Positions 1 through 10,133 are shown, counted from the stretch's first letter. The stretch is DNA of 64,000 nucleotides from an uncultured bacterium (GCA_963819815.1 CAWFXL010000001.1:1504001-1568000); one strand, 5' to 3'. Notes: a model not told the origin generated them from the letters alone. Translations and numbers: made by a program.

Positions 1-185
1 CGTTTACACTATTTGGCATGGCTCATTTCCAGGCATCTTTACGAGGACCATGCAATTAAAGCCACAAAGCCCTTGCTTTCTTCTTAGCTATTTTGCTAGC
101 ATGTGCCATGTAGTTTCTCAAAGTTGAGTACTGCGTAGGATATGAGCTGTCCAATTTTACTGACTTAACAAAAGGAGATAGTCGG

Positions 186-1301
186 ATGAATATTTTTTAT
201 CGCTTATTGGCTGTAACGTTACTTTTAAGTAATGTACCTTGCCTGCTTGGCTGCCAAAGCCCTTCAGCAAATACCAGCTTATTTGTAAATTCTGATTTTG
301 CACCAACAACAGCTTTCGGATATACTCCGTTTGAATTTGTTGTTCCACCAGTTGATTCTGCTACCCTTGTGCAAGGATTTGATGCTCAGTTAGCAGCACA
401 AATTGCACGTAGACTCGGATTTAATGGAGCTGAGTTTAATCAGACAGCATTTGGTATTAATGAAACTGGAAATACGGTAATTGAAAATTTGCTGCTAGAT
501 GTTGAAAATGGAACACCTCAATCAAATATCGGTATTTCCGCAATCTCTATTACACCAAATAGAATCAAAAATTTTCCAGAGTTAGCATTTATACCGTATA
601 ATGATGATGATATGTCGATTATCTTGCAATCTGCATTAGTTGCCGGTGACCCCCTACTTCAAAAGGGTGCGACTGTGCTCGCAAGGTTAAATACTCTGGC
701 ATTCACTCTGGTCGACCTTCAAACGGTATTTACCTTATTCGGTTCTCGTCAGGCGAGTACGGCAACTGGATTTGGTTCTGGCATCATTGCACAGTCTATC
801 AATACTATTGGATCTCCATACAACCGTTTAGAAAGTGCACCCAATGGGAGTGACAAAGCTCAATTTGATAATATTCAGGATGCAGTTACGGCTCTTCTCG
901 CTGCTCTTAAGGCGGGGAATAGACGAAGTCTTTTCATCGATACGCCAACTGCACTTGCCCTTCAGAAACAAGGCCTTATCCCAGGATTTACCGTCGTTAC
1001 GGGTGTGATAATTGATCCTTCTCTTAACGCTTTTAGTTCCTTAGGACTTGGCATTGCCATCCCAGCAGAATGCTGCCAACTGTATGCAAATATTGCGAAA
1101 GCGATACAAGATATGGAAGATGAAGGTGTTCTTGCTGCAATGCGTGCTAAATGGGGAACTGGCTCGTTCACGCCTCCTGCAGTGAACTTAGTACCTTCAG
1201 GTTGTGCGAATACTACCGCAAACATTAACAGCAATGCGATTGCTAATTATATCTTCACGAAGTACTGTCCTCAGGTAGCAACAATTGTTTCTCCTGAATA
1301 A
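186..1301 (+). CDS. Secreted solute-binding-protein family 3 (polar amino acid type) homolog with C-terminal 'NAIANYIFTKYC' motif
   Basis: Signal peptide; SBP3-like motifs GFDAQLAAQIARRLG, ISAISITPNR and LGIAIP...NIAKAIQDMEDEGVLAAMRAKW; extra C-terminal extension; no permease or ATPase downstream (upstream lies outside the window). Confidence 0.75.
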   Translation: MNIFYRLLAVTLLLSNVPCLLGCQSPSANTSLFVNSDFAPTTAFGYTPFEFVVPPVDSATLVQGFDAQLAAQIARRLGFNGAEFNQTAFGINETGNTVIENLLLDVENGTPQSNIGISAISITPNRIKNFPELAFIPYNDDDMSIILQSALVAGDPLLQKGATVLARLNTLAFTLVDLQTVFTLFGSRQASTATGFGSGIIAQSINTIGSPYNRLESAPNGSDKAQFDNIQDAVTALLAALKAGNRRSLFIDTPTALALQKQGLIPGFTVVTGVIIDPSLNAFSSLGLGIAIPAECCQLYANIAKAIQDMEDEGVLAAMRAKWGTGSFTPPAVNLVPSGCANTTANINSNAIANYIFTKYCPQVATIVSPE

Positions 1302-1324
1302 GTATCATTAGTTGATGTATACAA

Positions 1325-1346
1325 AGGGAGTGCGTAAGCACTCCCT
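1325..1346 (+). terminator. Hairpin, probable terminator of 186-1301
   Basis: AGGGAGTGC-GTAA-GCACTCCCT, a perfect 9-bp stem with GNRA loop just after the stop; weak U-tract. Confidence 0.55.
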
Positions 1347-1608
1347 GCCAATCTCCGCTCCTTTAAATGTTTCATAGCTATCCCTGAACATTCAACTATT
1401 AAGGACAAAATCGCTAAGCCTAAGATTAATTTTGGGGCATTTCTGTGTTGCTCGAATTGATTAAAGGGTGATGCTTCTGGAAAAGTAGGCATCTATACGG
1501 TTCTACTGGCTGACTAATTCAAGTTGTTGCTCAATATTTGCTTTGGACAGACTCAATTGATTTATTGGCCATCCTATTTAGCCTTTTGATCGACATTATT
1601 GATCTGTT

Positions 1609-1823
1609 AAAAATTTGGCGCATTATAGGAATTTATAATGCGCCAAATTTTTGAATCTTTTTGAAAATTTGGCGCATTATAAAAAATTTTCATGATTAAT
1701 CCTAATGATCCAACTTTTCATCCAGATCGTTATATCAGAGGGGTTGAAAAAATTTGGCGCATTATAGAGTTTTATAGCGCGCCAAATTTATCTATTGACT
1801 AAAGAATTTTGGCGCATTATAAT
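1609..1823. repeat. Six copies of AAATTTGGCGCATTATA: two 17-6-17 palindromes and two half sites; putative operator array
   Basis: Palindromes at 1611-1650 (perfect) and 1750-1789; half sites at 1665-1681 and about 1805-1821. Confidence 0.9.
1795..1823 (+). promoter_or_regulatory. sigma70-type promoter of the AAA ATPase gene
   Basis: TTGACT (1795-1800), 17 bp spacer, TATAAT (1818-1823); the last repeat copy overlaps the spacer and -10 box. Confidence 0.8.
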
Positions 1824-1840
1824 AAGGGGAGCAAGCAAAA

Positions 1841-3289
1841 ATGAGGGAGTCTATGATTATCGGAAGAAAAAGGGAAATAAGGCAGCTTGAAAGAGCATAC
1901 ACTGACAAGAAAGCACATTTTATAACGGTGTATGGTCGAAGGCGGGTTGGAAAAACCTTTCTCGTAAGGGAGTTTTTTTCAGAAAAAGAATGTACTTTTT
2001 TTCATGTAACCGGCGTGCACAAGGAAAAATTAGCAGCACAACTTGAAAATTTTGCTCGCTCAATGAGTAAGACTTTTTTTGCACAGGGTCCTTTGAGGGA
2101 GCTTTCTAATTGGAAGGATGCTTTTGATCTTCTTGATAGAGAAATTGCGCAAAGGCAAGGTAAGATAGTTCTTTTCTTTGATGAGCTGCCCTGGCTTGCT
2201 ACACCTCGGTCGAATATAATGGGGCAGATCGATTTTTTCTGGAATAATCGTTGGTCGGGCATGCCGAATGTTATTCTTATTGTGTGTGGTTCATCGGCAT
2301 CTTGGCTACTTAATAATATCATATACCACAAGGGCGGATTATATAATCGTACGACCACAGAAATACAATTAATGCCATTTGATTTGCACGAGACCGCTGA
2401 GTTTTTGCTCAGCAAGAAAATAAAGCTTGCTCATGAACAGGTTCTGAAGTTGTATATGGCTGTAGGTGGTATTCCCTTTTATTTGGATTATGCGGAGAAG
2501 GGATATACAATCCAGCAAATTATTCAGCAACTTTTTTTTGATGTTCGGGCACCTTTAAAAAACGAATATAGAAAATTGTTTGAATCTCTTTTTAACACAG
2601 CTGAAGCCTATCGGGAGCTTGTGGAGATTGTTGCTCGAAAAAAAGATGGTCTAGAGCGTTCTGAAATTATTAAGGAAGCGCAGTTTTCCACTGGAGGCCA
2701 TTTGACCCGTAGACTCAAGAGTCTCTGTGATGCAGGTTTCTTAAAAGAGTTCACTCCCTGGGGGAAACAGTACCAGACCTACTATAAAGTTATCGATGAA
2801 TTCTGTCTTTTCTATCTACGTTGGATAAAAGATGAGAACCATACTTTTGATCCAGATCATTGGATATTGCAGAGTCGGAGTCCTGCATATTATGCCTGGG
2901 CAGGGTATGCCTTTGAGTCGGTGTGTATGAAGCATATCTATCAGATCTCAAGGGCACTTGGCATAAAAACGGGGATAAAAATAGGGTCCTGGAAATATAT
3001 TCCTTCGGGGAATGAAGACCACGGCGCACAAATTGACCTGGTTATAGAGCGCGTAGATGATGGGATAAATCTTTGCGAAATTAAATATACGGAAAAACCA
3101 TTTTCCATTGATAAAAAATATGCAACAGAGCTTACCCATAAAGTAGAGCTCTTTACAAAAAAAGAACATAGTAAGAAACAAGTATTTCTTTCGATGGTTT
3201 CTGCAGGTGGACTAGCGAAAACAATGTACTCTGAAGAACTTGTGAGTGGAGTGGTAACACTTGACGATCTATTTAGATCACTTGGATAA
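1841..3289 (+). CDS. AAA+ ATPase (archaeal-ATPase/ATPase_2-like) with winged helix and C-terminal PD-(D/E)XK nuclease-like domain
   Basis: Walker A GRRRVGKT, Walker B FFDELPW, CGSS, GGIPFYL, wHTH-like segment, C-terminal QIDLV...LCEIKY. Confidence 0.85.
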   Translation: MRESMIIGRKREIRQLERAYTDKKAHFITVYGRRRVGKTFLVREFFSEKECTFFHVTGVHKEKLAAQLENFARSMSKTFFAQGPLRELSNWKDAFDLLDREIAQRQGKIVLFFDELPWLATPRSNIMGQIDFFWNNRWSGMPNVILIVCGSSASWLLNNIIYHKGGLYNRTTTEIQLMPFDLHETAEFLLSKKIKLAHEQVLKLYMAVGGIPFYLDYAEKGYTIQQIIQQLFFDVRAPLKNEYRKLFESLFNTAEAYRELVEIVARKKDGLERSEIIKEAQFSTGGHLTRRLKSLCDAGFLKEFTPWGKQYQTYYKVIDEFCLFYLRWIKDENHTFDPDHWILQSRSPAYYAWAGYAFESVCMKHIYQISRALGIKTGIKIGSWKYIPSGNEDHGAQIDLVIERVDDGINLCEIKYTEKPFSIDKKYATELTHKVELFTKKEHSKKQVFLSMVSAGGLAKTMYSEELVSGVVTLDDLFRSLG

Positions 3290-3395
3290 TCTGAGCCCTT
3301 TCTATCATCTGGTATCATGCAGGATGAGCATGGCATGTTTTCTTTCATAGCTTCACATTCAGGCGCAATTTCAGTAGACTATCATAAAGAATTAG

Positions 3396-3471
3396 GGGCC
3401 CATAGCTCAGCGGTTAGAGCAATCGGCTCATAACCGAGAGGTCCCAGGTTCAAATCCTGGTGGGCCCACCA
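3396..3471 (+). tRNA. tRNA with CAT anticodon, probably tRNA-Ile2 (lysidine)
   Basis: Cloverleaf with GGGCCCA/TGGGCCC acceptor, loop CTCATAA, TTCAAAT T-loop and encoded CCA; anticodon arm TCGG-CTCATAA-CCGA resembles Ile2. Confidence 0.9.
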
Positions 3472-3492
3472 AAACCTCGGCGGTACAAAAGC

Positions 3493-4209
3493 ATGCAAAA
3501 TGAACAGGTGGCAGCTTTTATTGAGCTTGTTGAATTAGATCAACGGCTTAGTCGCCTTTCGCGGCAGCAGGAAGAAGATGTTGCAAAAAAGGATACGCTA
3601 CTTAAGGAGATCGAACAGATCGACAAAGATGTTGCGCATGCTGATAAGGTCGTTCATGATACCCAAAAAAAGATGCATGAGCTTGAGCTTGATCTAAAAA
3701 CTATCGATCGCAACCTTGCCCGAACACAGGAAAAACTTTTGAGCGCACATTCTCAAAAAGAGCTCGATTCATTGGAGCATGAGAAAACCGATCTTGAAAA
3801 CAAGCGAGAATTACGGGATGAGCAAGGACTCGTGCTGCTTGAAGAATTAGAGCAGGCTCGAGCACAAGCTGTAAAGCTTCGTGCCAAAGCACCCGAAGCC
3901 CATCAAGAAAAAAAACAGGAACTTACAGCGCTTACTGAGCAGATGGACAAGCTAGAAATATCTCGATCAAATCTTAGTGCTCGCCGTGATGAGCTGGAAT
4001 TAACCGTCGATCAAGAGCTTTTGAGCCGTTATGAAACGATGAAGAAAAAAATTCCCAACCCGGCAGTTCCCCTACTTAACGAAAGCTGTTCTGGTTGCTT
4101 CTATTCCTTAACACCGGCTGAATTGAATCCACTTCGACAAGTAAAGCTTGGTGTCTGTAAAGGTTGTTATCGTACCATCTATATAACAAAGGGAACTGAT
4201 GGAGAATAA
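3493..4209 (+). CDS. Coiled-coil protein with C4-type zinc ribbon (DUF164/CT398-like)
   Basis: Long coiled coil, then CSGC...CKGCYR; start moved to ATG 3493 because the longer ORF overlaps the tRNA. Confidence 0.85.
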   Translation: MQNEQVAAFIELVELDQRLSRLSRQQEEDVAKKDTLLKEIEQIDKDVAHADKVVHDTQKKMHELELDLKTIDRNLARTQEKLLSAHSQKELDSLEHEKTDLENKRELRDEQGLVLLEELEQARAQAVKLRAKAPEAHQEKKQELTALTEQMDKLEISRSNLSARRDELELTVDQELLSRYETMKKKIPNPAVPLLNESCSGCFYSLTPAELNPLRQVKLGVCKGCYRTIYITKGTDGE

Positions 4210-4678
4210 TGTGTTCCCAGAGCCAGGAAGGTGGGAGCTGTACGTAGATGGTGCCGCCCGAAATAATCCCGGACCTGCAGGCGCTGGATTTTATTTGTTG
4301 AAAAATGGCGTGTCAGTTGAAGAACAGGGAATGTTCTTAGGTAAAAAAACGAATAACCAAGCAGAATATTTGGCACTGTTACTGGGAATCTATTACGCTC
4401 AGCAACATATGGGGCCACGTGATACGCTTGTCATAAAAGCAGATTCGCAGCTTATGGTCAGACAGGTGCAGGGGATCTATAAAATAAAAAACAAGGAGCT
4501 AGCAAGAATACATGATGCGATTCGCTCTATGCTCAATGCCTTAAATTTTAAGATACAACATGTACCACGTGAAGAAAATAAAGTAGCTGATAAACTAGCG
4601 AATATAGGAATTGATAAAAAAATAAGAGTTCCCCATGAACTTCTCCTCGTTTGGCCGATATATGAAGATGCTTGGTAA
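4199..4678 (+). CDS. rnhA: Ribonuclease HI (archaeal/actinobacterial type)
   Basis: YVDGAARNNPGPAGAG, TNNQAEY, DSQL and HVPREENKVADKLAN motifs. Confidence 0.92.
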   Translation: MENNVFPEPGRWELYVDGAARNNPGPAGAGFYLLKNGVSVEEQGMFLGKKTNNQAEYLALLLGIYYAQQHMGPRDTLVIKADSQLMVRQVQGIYKIKNKELARIHDAIRSMLNALNFKIQHVPREENKVADKLANIGIDKKIRVPHELLLVWPIYEDAW

Positions 4679-5873
4679 CCTCTATGCAGGTATTCTGATT
4701 GCAGGAGCACTGGGCATGCAGGGTCTCCTTGCAGTACCACCTAAAAAACAGAAATTTGATTACTCCTTTAAGAAGTTAGCACAGGGTATCCCTGTTCGCG
4801 TGCTTCTTGAAGAAAGTGCCGCTAAGGATGTTGCATGGGAGCTGAATTCTGATGAAGGATTTGTGCTCTATGCGCCCACTTCAAAAGAGAAAACGGTACT
4901 CAAAAAGACCAAACTTCTGGTGACTCATAAAAAGGGTACTTTTTATTTGAATGGTCAGAAGATACATGATGCGCATATCTTTGTGCTTCCACTGCGAGGC
5001 TTGATTCGTCATGGAACGATTCCATATGACGGAGTTTTTTCTCTTACCAAGAGTAAAGAAGTTGCCTACTTAGTAAATCATCTTGATCTTGAAGAGTATC
5101 TTATGTCGGTGCTCCCCTATGAGAGTATGCCCGGTTGGCCCGATGAGGTTCAGAAAGCACAGTGTGTTGCGTCGCGTACCTATGCTATTCATAAAGTTTT
5201 AGAGCAACGTGAGCAAAAAAAGAATAATAGAGTAACGCATCCCTATGATATAAAAAGTACTCCGGCACACCAGGTGTACCGCGGTTATGAAAAAACGGCC
5301 TGTTTTAAGCATATTGTAGAAGCAACTCGTGATATTGTACTAGCCTATAATAACAAGCCGATTCTTGCCATGTTTGATACTGCCTGTGGTGGGGTTATTC
5401 CAGGGAAGAAAAAGGGCATTCACTTTGGTAAGGCGCCCTATTTAAAGCGCACCTATGCATGTAATTATTGTAATGAGCATCCTTACTATCGGTGGGAAGC
5501 ACAGCTTTCCTTTGCTGAGCTAGGAAAAAGTTTAGCAACGCTTTTGCCCGATCTTGGGCAGGTTCGTGATATTAAGATCGAATCGCATGATCCAGCCGGG
5601 ATTGTTCAAGCCATTAAAATTAGAGGGAGTCATGGGTGGGTTACGATTAAACCTTCCCAGTTGCGGTCGGTCTGCAAGAATTTAAGAAGCCTCTGCTTTA
5701 CGTTCTCAAAAAAAGGAAGATCGGTGCAAGTTTCTGGAAAAGGATACGGATATCACATGGGGCTCTGCCAATGGGGCGCCTATAATCTCGTAAAAAAAGG
5801 GTGGAACTATAAAAAGGTATTACAGTTCTACTATCCAAATACTACTTTTATGAAACTGAAAAGGTCAGAGTAA
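4662..5873 (+). CDS. SpoIID/LytB domain lytic transglycosylase
   Basis: VNHLDLEEYLMSVLPYE, KAQCVASRTYA, QVYRG, GYGYHMGLCQWGA and LQFYYP motifs; N-terminal hydrophobic segment. Confidence 0.9.
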   Translation: MKMLGNLYAGILIAGALGMQGLLAVPPKKQKFDYSFKKLAQGIPVRVLLEESAAKDVAWELNSDEGFVLYAPTSKEKTVLKKTKLLVTHKKGTFYLNGQKIHDAHIFVLPLRGLIRHGTIPYDGVFSLTKSKEVAYLVNHLDLEEYLMSVLPYESMPGWPDEVQKAQCVASRTYAIHKVLEQREQKKNNRVTHPYDIKSTPAHQVYRGYEKTACFKHIVEATRDIVLAYNNKPILAMFDTACGGVIPGKKKGIHFGKAPYLKRTYACNYCNEHPYYRWEAQLSFAELGKSLATLLPDLGQVRDIKIESHDPAGIVQAIKIRGSHGWVTIKPSQLRSVCKNLRSLCFTFSKKGRSVQVSGKGYGYHMGLCQWGAYNLVKKGWNYKKVLQFYYPNTTFMKLKRSE

Positions 5874-6334
5874 TGTCTCTCTATCGTGGCCACTTAGTAG
5901 GGGGTCTTGTTTCATATGTTATAGTTACGGTGCTCGCGAGCGTTTTTCAAAACGGTTTGGTATTTAGCATACCGGGCCTCATCGCAACACTTGCGGGCTC
6001 TTTATTTCCCGATATCGATGTGCGAAGTAATGGACAGAACCTTTTTCTGAAGGTGCTTTTTCTTATGATCGTACTCTGTCTCTTTTTACAGGCATCAGTA
6101 CCCCTCATTCTGTTGCTTATTTTTTCAGTGCTGCCGCTTATTTTCCCCCATAGGGGGTTATTTCATGATCTTTATTTTATTGTGGCACTGGTTGCTCTTT
6201 TTTCAGGAGCAATGATCTATAGTATGCCCTCAAGTTGGCGTACTATCGTAACCATAGCATTCTTTTTTATGGTTGGTGTGCTTTCACATTTAGTGCTTGA
6301 TAAAGGGATGAAAAAGACTTTTCAACATGATTAA
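5873..6334 (+). CDS. Membrane-bound metal-dependent hydrolase (YdjM-like)
   Basis: GH, GSLFPDID, HRGLFHD and SHLVLD motifs in a multi-TM protein. Confidence 0.8.
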   Translation: MSLYRGHLVGGLVSYVIVTVLASVFQNGLVFSIPGLIATLAGSLFPDIDVRSNGQNLFLKVLFLMIVLCLFLQASVPLILLLIFSVLPLIFPHRGLFHDLYFIVALVALFSGAMIYSMPSSWRTIVTIAFFFMVGVLSHLVLDKGMKKTFQHD

Positions 6335-6352
6335 GTGTTTCTGCCTACATCT

Positions 6353-7111
6353 CTAAAAAGGATTCTCGGTTTTAATGAAGGTGCAGGGAATTTCACATGT
6401 TTCTTGGATGTGTTGCGCAAGCGCTTTAACGCCTACCGTTTCAGTTGCATAATGGCCAAGACCAAGAAACGAGATATTTTCTTCATGCGCTGCATCGTAG
6501 ACAGGTTCATCGAAACGACCGGTAATAAAGCAATCGGCACCTGCATAGGCTGCATCGTGTATATATTTGTCAGCACCACCGGAAATGATAGCAACTGACC
6601 TGATGGGATTCTTTACAACTACAGCTGCAGCGGTGTTTCCATAGTAGGCTTCTACCCGGTTACGGAATTCTTCAAAAGAAAGTGGAGCAATTGTGCCTAT
6701 GACACCTATGGGTATATCACTAAGAACTCCAAATGGCTTGAGATCAGCAAGTCCTAAATCTTTTGCAGCTTTCCAATTATTTCCCAGCTCTTGATGGGCA
6801 TCTAACGGAAGATGATAGGCGAGCAGCGCAATGTTATGCTCTATGAGTACTCTGACTTTTTTATAGCGCGTTTCTATGAGGGGATGGGTATCGTTTTTTC
6901 TAAAGAGGCCATGATGCACGATGAGTATCTGTGCTTTTAGGGCAGCAGCTTTTTCAATTGCTTCAAGACTTGCGCTTACCGCTGTTGCAACCTTTTTAAT
7001 AGGTGCTGTGTTTGCTACTTGTATTCCATTATAGGTATTTTCATTGAATGATGAGACATCTAATAGTTCATCGAGATAGCGAGCAAGCTCTTGGGTGCTG
7101 AGTGTCTTCAT
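6353..7111 (-). CDS. Nif3-like dinuclear metal center protein (YbgI family)
   Basis: NGIQV, VHHGLF, YHLPLDAH..GNN and GHYATE motifs. Confidence 0.92.
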   Translation of the reverse strand: MKTLSTQELARYLDELLDVSSFNENTYNGIQVANTAPIKKVATAVSASLEAIEKAAALKAQILIVHHGLFRKNDTHPLIETRYKKVRVLIEHNIALLAYHLPLDAHQELGNNWKAAKDLGLADLKPFGVLSDIPIGVIGTIAPLSFEEFRNRVEAYYGNTAAAVVVKNPIRSVAIISGGADKYIHDAAYAGADCFITGRFDEPVYDAAHEENISFLGLGHYATETVGVKALAQHIQETCEIPCTFIKTENPF

Positions 7112-7186
7112 TGGTCGATTCTTTCAATGTAATGTAGACCAAACTAGTATTTTCTTGCGTACTTACTGAACACAATGTAGATGATT

Positions 7187-7996
7187 CTATTCCATTCTCA
7201 ATAGTCGAAATGCATTAGCTGTTGTTTGCTCTGCAACTTTTTCATAAGGGACTCCTAAAAGCTCAGCAAGGTAGTACGCGACTGTTTGCGTATACCGTGG
7301 ATGGTTCTTTTTTCCTCGTATGATCTGCGGTGGTAAGAAGGGTGCATCAGTTTCTAAGATGATATGCTCAAGTCCCACCGTTTGCGCAACCTCTCTGAGA
7401 ATCTTATTTTTAGGATAGGTCAGAGTTCCTCCAATACCTAGCACACATCCATAGGAGATTGCCTCTTGTGCAAACGCAAGATCTTCAGAGAAGCAATGAA
7501 TGGTGGCTCGAAGGCCCTGTTTTTTATAAGGTTCTAAACAGCGTAGCGTAGCTTCACCGGCATCCCGGGTATGTACAACCAAGGCCAGATCATGCTTAAG
7601 CGCAAGCTCTATATGTTGGGCAAAAGCTTCTTTTTGGCGTGGTAGGTTATAATCTGGGTAATGCATATCAAGCCCTGTTTCACCGATAGCAAGAATTTTG
7701 AGTTCTTCTTTTTGTTCAAGAAGCTTTGCTAGTGTAGCAAGATCATCTTTCCAAGTATCGGTGAGATCATTTGGATGAATGCCGATACTTGCATATACCT
7801 GTGGGTAATTCTTTGCGAGTTCGATACTATTGAGACTTTCAATAAGACTTGTTCCCACATTGAGTATGTGTGTAACATCATAGTGTGCTGCTTCTTCGAT
7901 GAATGCACGAGCATTGGCTATATCAGTGGGTGATAGAGGAACGTCAAATGAATATTCGACAAGGAGATTAAGGTGACAATGGGTATCAACTAGCAT
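7187..7996 (-). CDS. tatD: TatD family DNase
   Basis: DTHCHL, GIHP, IGETGLD, VHTR, HCFS and ETDAPFL motifs. Confidence 0.93.
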   Translation of the reverse strand: MLVDTHCHLNLLVEYSFDVPLSPTDIANARAFIEEAAHYDVTHILNVGTSLIESLNSIELAKNYPQVYASIGIHPNDLTDTWKDDLATLAKLLEQKEELKILAIGETGLDMHYPDYNLPRQKEAFAQHIELALKHDLALVVHTRDAGEATLRCLEPYKKQGLRATIHCFSEDLAFAQEAISYGCVLGIGGTLTYPKNKILREVAQTVGLEHIILETDAPFLPPQIIRGKKNHPRYTQTVAYYLAELLGVPYEKVAEQTTANAFRLLRME

Positions 7997-8357
7997 GGCT
8001 TCTCTCTGCGGTTTTTTTAAAGTATATCAAAGATGGTGAGAATCGATACTTCTCTTTGCCAAGGTACCAGGGATGTTGCAAAGCAACAAGCAGTTTTGCA
8101 AGACCTGCTTTTTTTGTTGCAGCATAGCATAGATACGTTGTAAGGATATTCCTTAAGAATCAAAGTTTCTAGGCATAAGTGCTCCCATCTGCATCGTAAT
8201 ACGAACGCTCTGAGCGCTTGTGGAGGCCTTAAAGCTTATCTAGGAGGAAACTTTGGAGATTCATATTGACAAAGCACAAAATCCCAGTAACCTTTACCAT
8301 CAGTGGCTACAAGCAGTCCTCATTATTATATAATAACTAACTACAGAAGGGGTTCTC

Positions 8358-8648
8358 ATGAATAAGACTGAGCTTATTAATTCATTAAGCGAAGAGACAA
8401 CATTTAGTAAGAAGGATGTTGCTCGCTTTCTTGATACGTTGACACGTATTTTTGAGCGTACACTTGTGCGCGGTGATAAAGTTCAGTGGGCCGGATTTGG
8501 TACATTCTCAGTTACACGACGCCAAGCTCGGATTGGTATTAACCCATCGACTAAAGAGCGTATTAACTTACCAGCCACTGTTGTTGCTAAATTTAAACCA
8601 GCTAAAAACTTAAAGGACGTTGTCCGAGGTGCAGGCAAAAGTGCCTGA
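8358..8648 (+). CDS. hup: HU family DNA-binding protein
   Basis: MNKTELI, GFGTF, ARIGINPST and FKPAKNLK motifs. Confidence 0.93.
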   Translation: MNKTELINSLSEETTFSKKDVARFLDTLTRIFERTLVRGDKVQWAGFGTFSVTRRQARIGINPSTKERINLPATVVAKFKPAKNLKDVVRGAGKSA

Positions 8649-8664
8649 TGCATGGTTATTAGTG

Positions 8665-8688
8665 AGGGCCGCACAAGCGGCCCTTTTT
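8665..8688 (+). terminator. Rho-independent terminator after hup
   Basis: AGGGCCGC-ACAA-GCGGCCCT followed by TTTT. Confidence 0.8.
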
Positions 8689-8890
8689 AATGCTCATTGA
8701 TATGCTCGCAGTCTGTTTTGCAGCTATTTCTCTCACATTCATAACCCTTTTGAAATTCGTCTGTACTGAGCTAAGTTCTTGCCACGTAACTAAGAGTGTG
8801 AGAATGCTCTTAATTCCTATTCAAATGATCTATTTTTTTGTATCTTATACTGAGACAATTCTTTCTTAGACTCTTTTGTGGAGTGTATAC

Positions 8891-10126
8891 ATGATAGACC
8901 TTCATAGATTGCGTACTGAACCTGACAAGGTACTTGCCTTATTAAAGAAAAAGGACCCCTCTTTTGATGGTAAGAAGCTTCTAGAACTTGATAAGCAGAC
9001 TCGAGATCTTAAACAGATAGTTGATGAGCTTCGATGTGAGAAAAATGATCTTGCTAAGAAGGGCCAAGCTGGCGTATCTGCTGAGTTGCGTGAGCGCTCA
9101 AAAATTCTCACGACTGAACTTAAGGAAAAAGAGGCTGAGCTGTTCGAAAAAAATGAGGCATTCAGGGCTCTGTATCTACGGTGCCCTAATCTTCTTATGG
9201 AAAGCATTCAAGAGGGGGGCAAAGAGCAGAATCTCGTAGTCAAAGTGTTCGGTGAAAAACCCTCATTTCGCTTTACACCGCGAAATCATGTTGAACTGGG
9301 CCACATGAATGGTTGGTTTGATTTTGAGGCAGCCGCACGCATGGCGGGAAGTAACTTTGCTTTGTATAAGGGCGATGGTGCTCTGGTTGTCTATAAGCTT
9401 ATGCTTATGATGCTTACCCATAATGTTCGGCGGGGATTTCTTCCCCTAGTACCTCCCTTCTTAGTCAATGAAAAGGCCTTGGAAGGAGCCGGTAACTGGC
9501 CTCGTTTTAAGGAGGAAGTTTATCGTATCGAGGGCGAAGATCTGTTTCTTACTCCAACCTCAGAGGTGAATCTTACCAGTATGTATCGTGATCAGATTAT
9601 CCCAATCCAAGAATTGCCGATTCGCATGACCGCATGGACAAGCTGTTTCCGTCGAGAAGCTGGTGGTTATGGTGCAACAGAACGCGGCCTTATTCGAATT
9701 CATCAATTTGATAAAACTGAAATTTACTCATTGTGTGAACCTGAAAGGGCAGAGCTTGAGCAGGACTATATGCTAGCTACTGCAGAAGGTATTTTACAGG
9801 CACTGGGGTTACATTACCGAGTCTCTTTATTAGCTGCCCAAGATTGTTCTTTTTCTTCAGCAAAAACCTATGATATTGAAGTGTGGATGCCTGGCCAAAA
9901 TGACTATAAGGAAGTCTCATCAGTAAGTAACTGTACTGATTTTCAGGCTCGTCGTAGTGAGATACGCTATAGAGAGGAGCCGGGTGCAAAGCCGAAACTT
10001 ATCAATACGCTTAATGGCTCATCTCTTGCTTTGCCACGACTGCTAGTTGCTCTCATGGAAACGTATCAGCAAGCTGATGGATCAATACAACTTCCTACCG
10101 TACTAGATACGGTGACACTCACCTAG
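8891..10126 (+). CDS. serS: Serine--tRNA ligase
   Basis: N-terminal coiled arm; PTSEV, CFRREAG, GLIRIHQF, EVSSVSNCTDFQARR and TLNGS motifs. Confidence 0.97.
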   Translation: MIDLHRLRTEPDKVLALLKKKDPSFDGKKLLELDKQTRDLKQIVDELRCEKNDLAKKGQAGVSAELRERSKILTTELKEKEAELFEKNEAFRALYLRCPNLLMESIQEGGKEQNLVVKVFGEKPSFRFTPRNHVELGHMNGWFDFEAAARMAGSNFALYKGDGALVVYKLMLMMLTHNVRRGFLPLVPPFLVNEKALEGAGNWPRFKEEVYRIEGEDLFLTPTSEVNLTSMYRDQIIPIQELPIRMTAWTSCFRREAGGYGATERGLIRIHQFDKTEIYSLCEPERAELEQDYMLATAEGILQALGLHYRVSLLAAQDCSFSSAKTYDIEVWMPGQNDYKEVSSVSNCTDFQARRSEIRYREEPGAKPKLINTLNGSSLALPRLLVALMETYQQADGSIQLPTVLDTVTLT

Positions 10127-10133
10127 GGATACT

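Noticed and set aside
1271..1600. Minus-strand 73-aa ORF or degraded gene downstream of the first CDS
   Set aside because: It runs through a terminator into the neighbouring gene and shows no recognisable family signal.
1609..1823. Possible CRISPR, IS ends or replication origin
   Set aside because: Mixed orientations and irregular spacing, no transposase or target duplication, and no DnaA boxes seen; the overlap with a promoter fits operators better.
3460..3492. N-terminal extensions of ORFs 3460, 15132 and 37445
   Set aside because: They overlap tRNA genes; downstream ATGs give family-typical starts.
8000..8350. Possible 6S or other ncRNA between tatD and hup
   Set aside because: Only one imperfect hairpin and no recognisable conserved motif; divergent promoters explain the gap.
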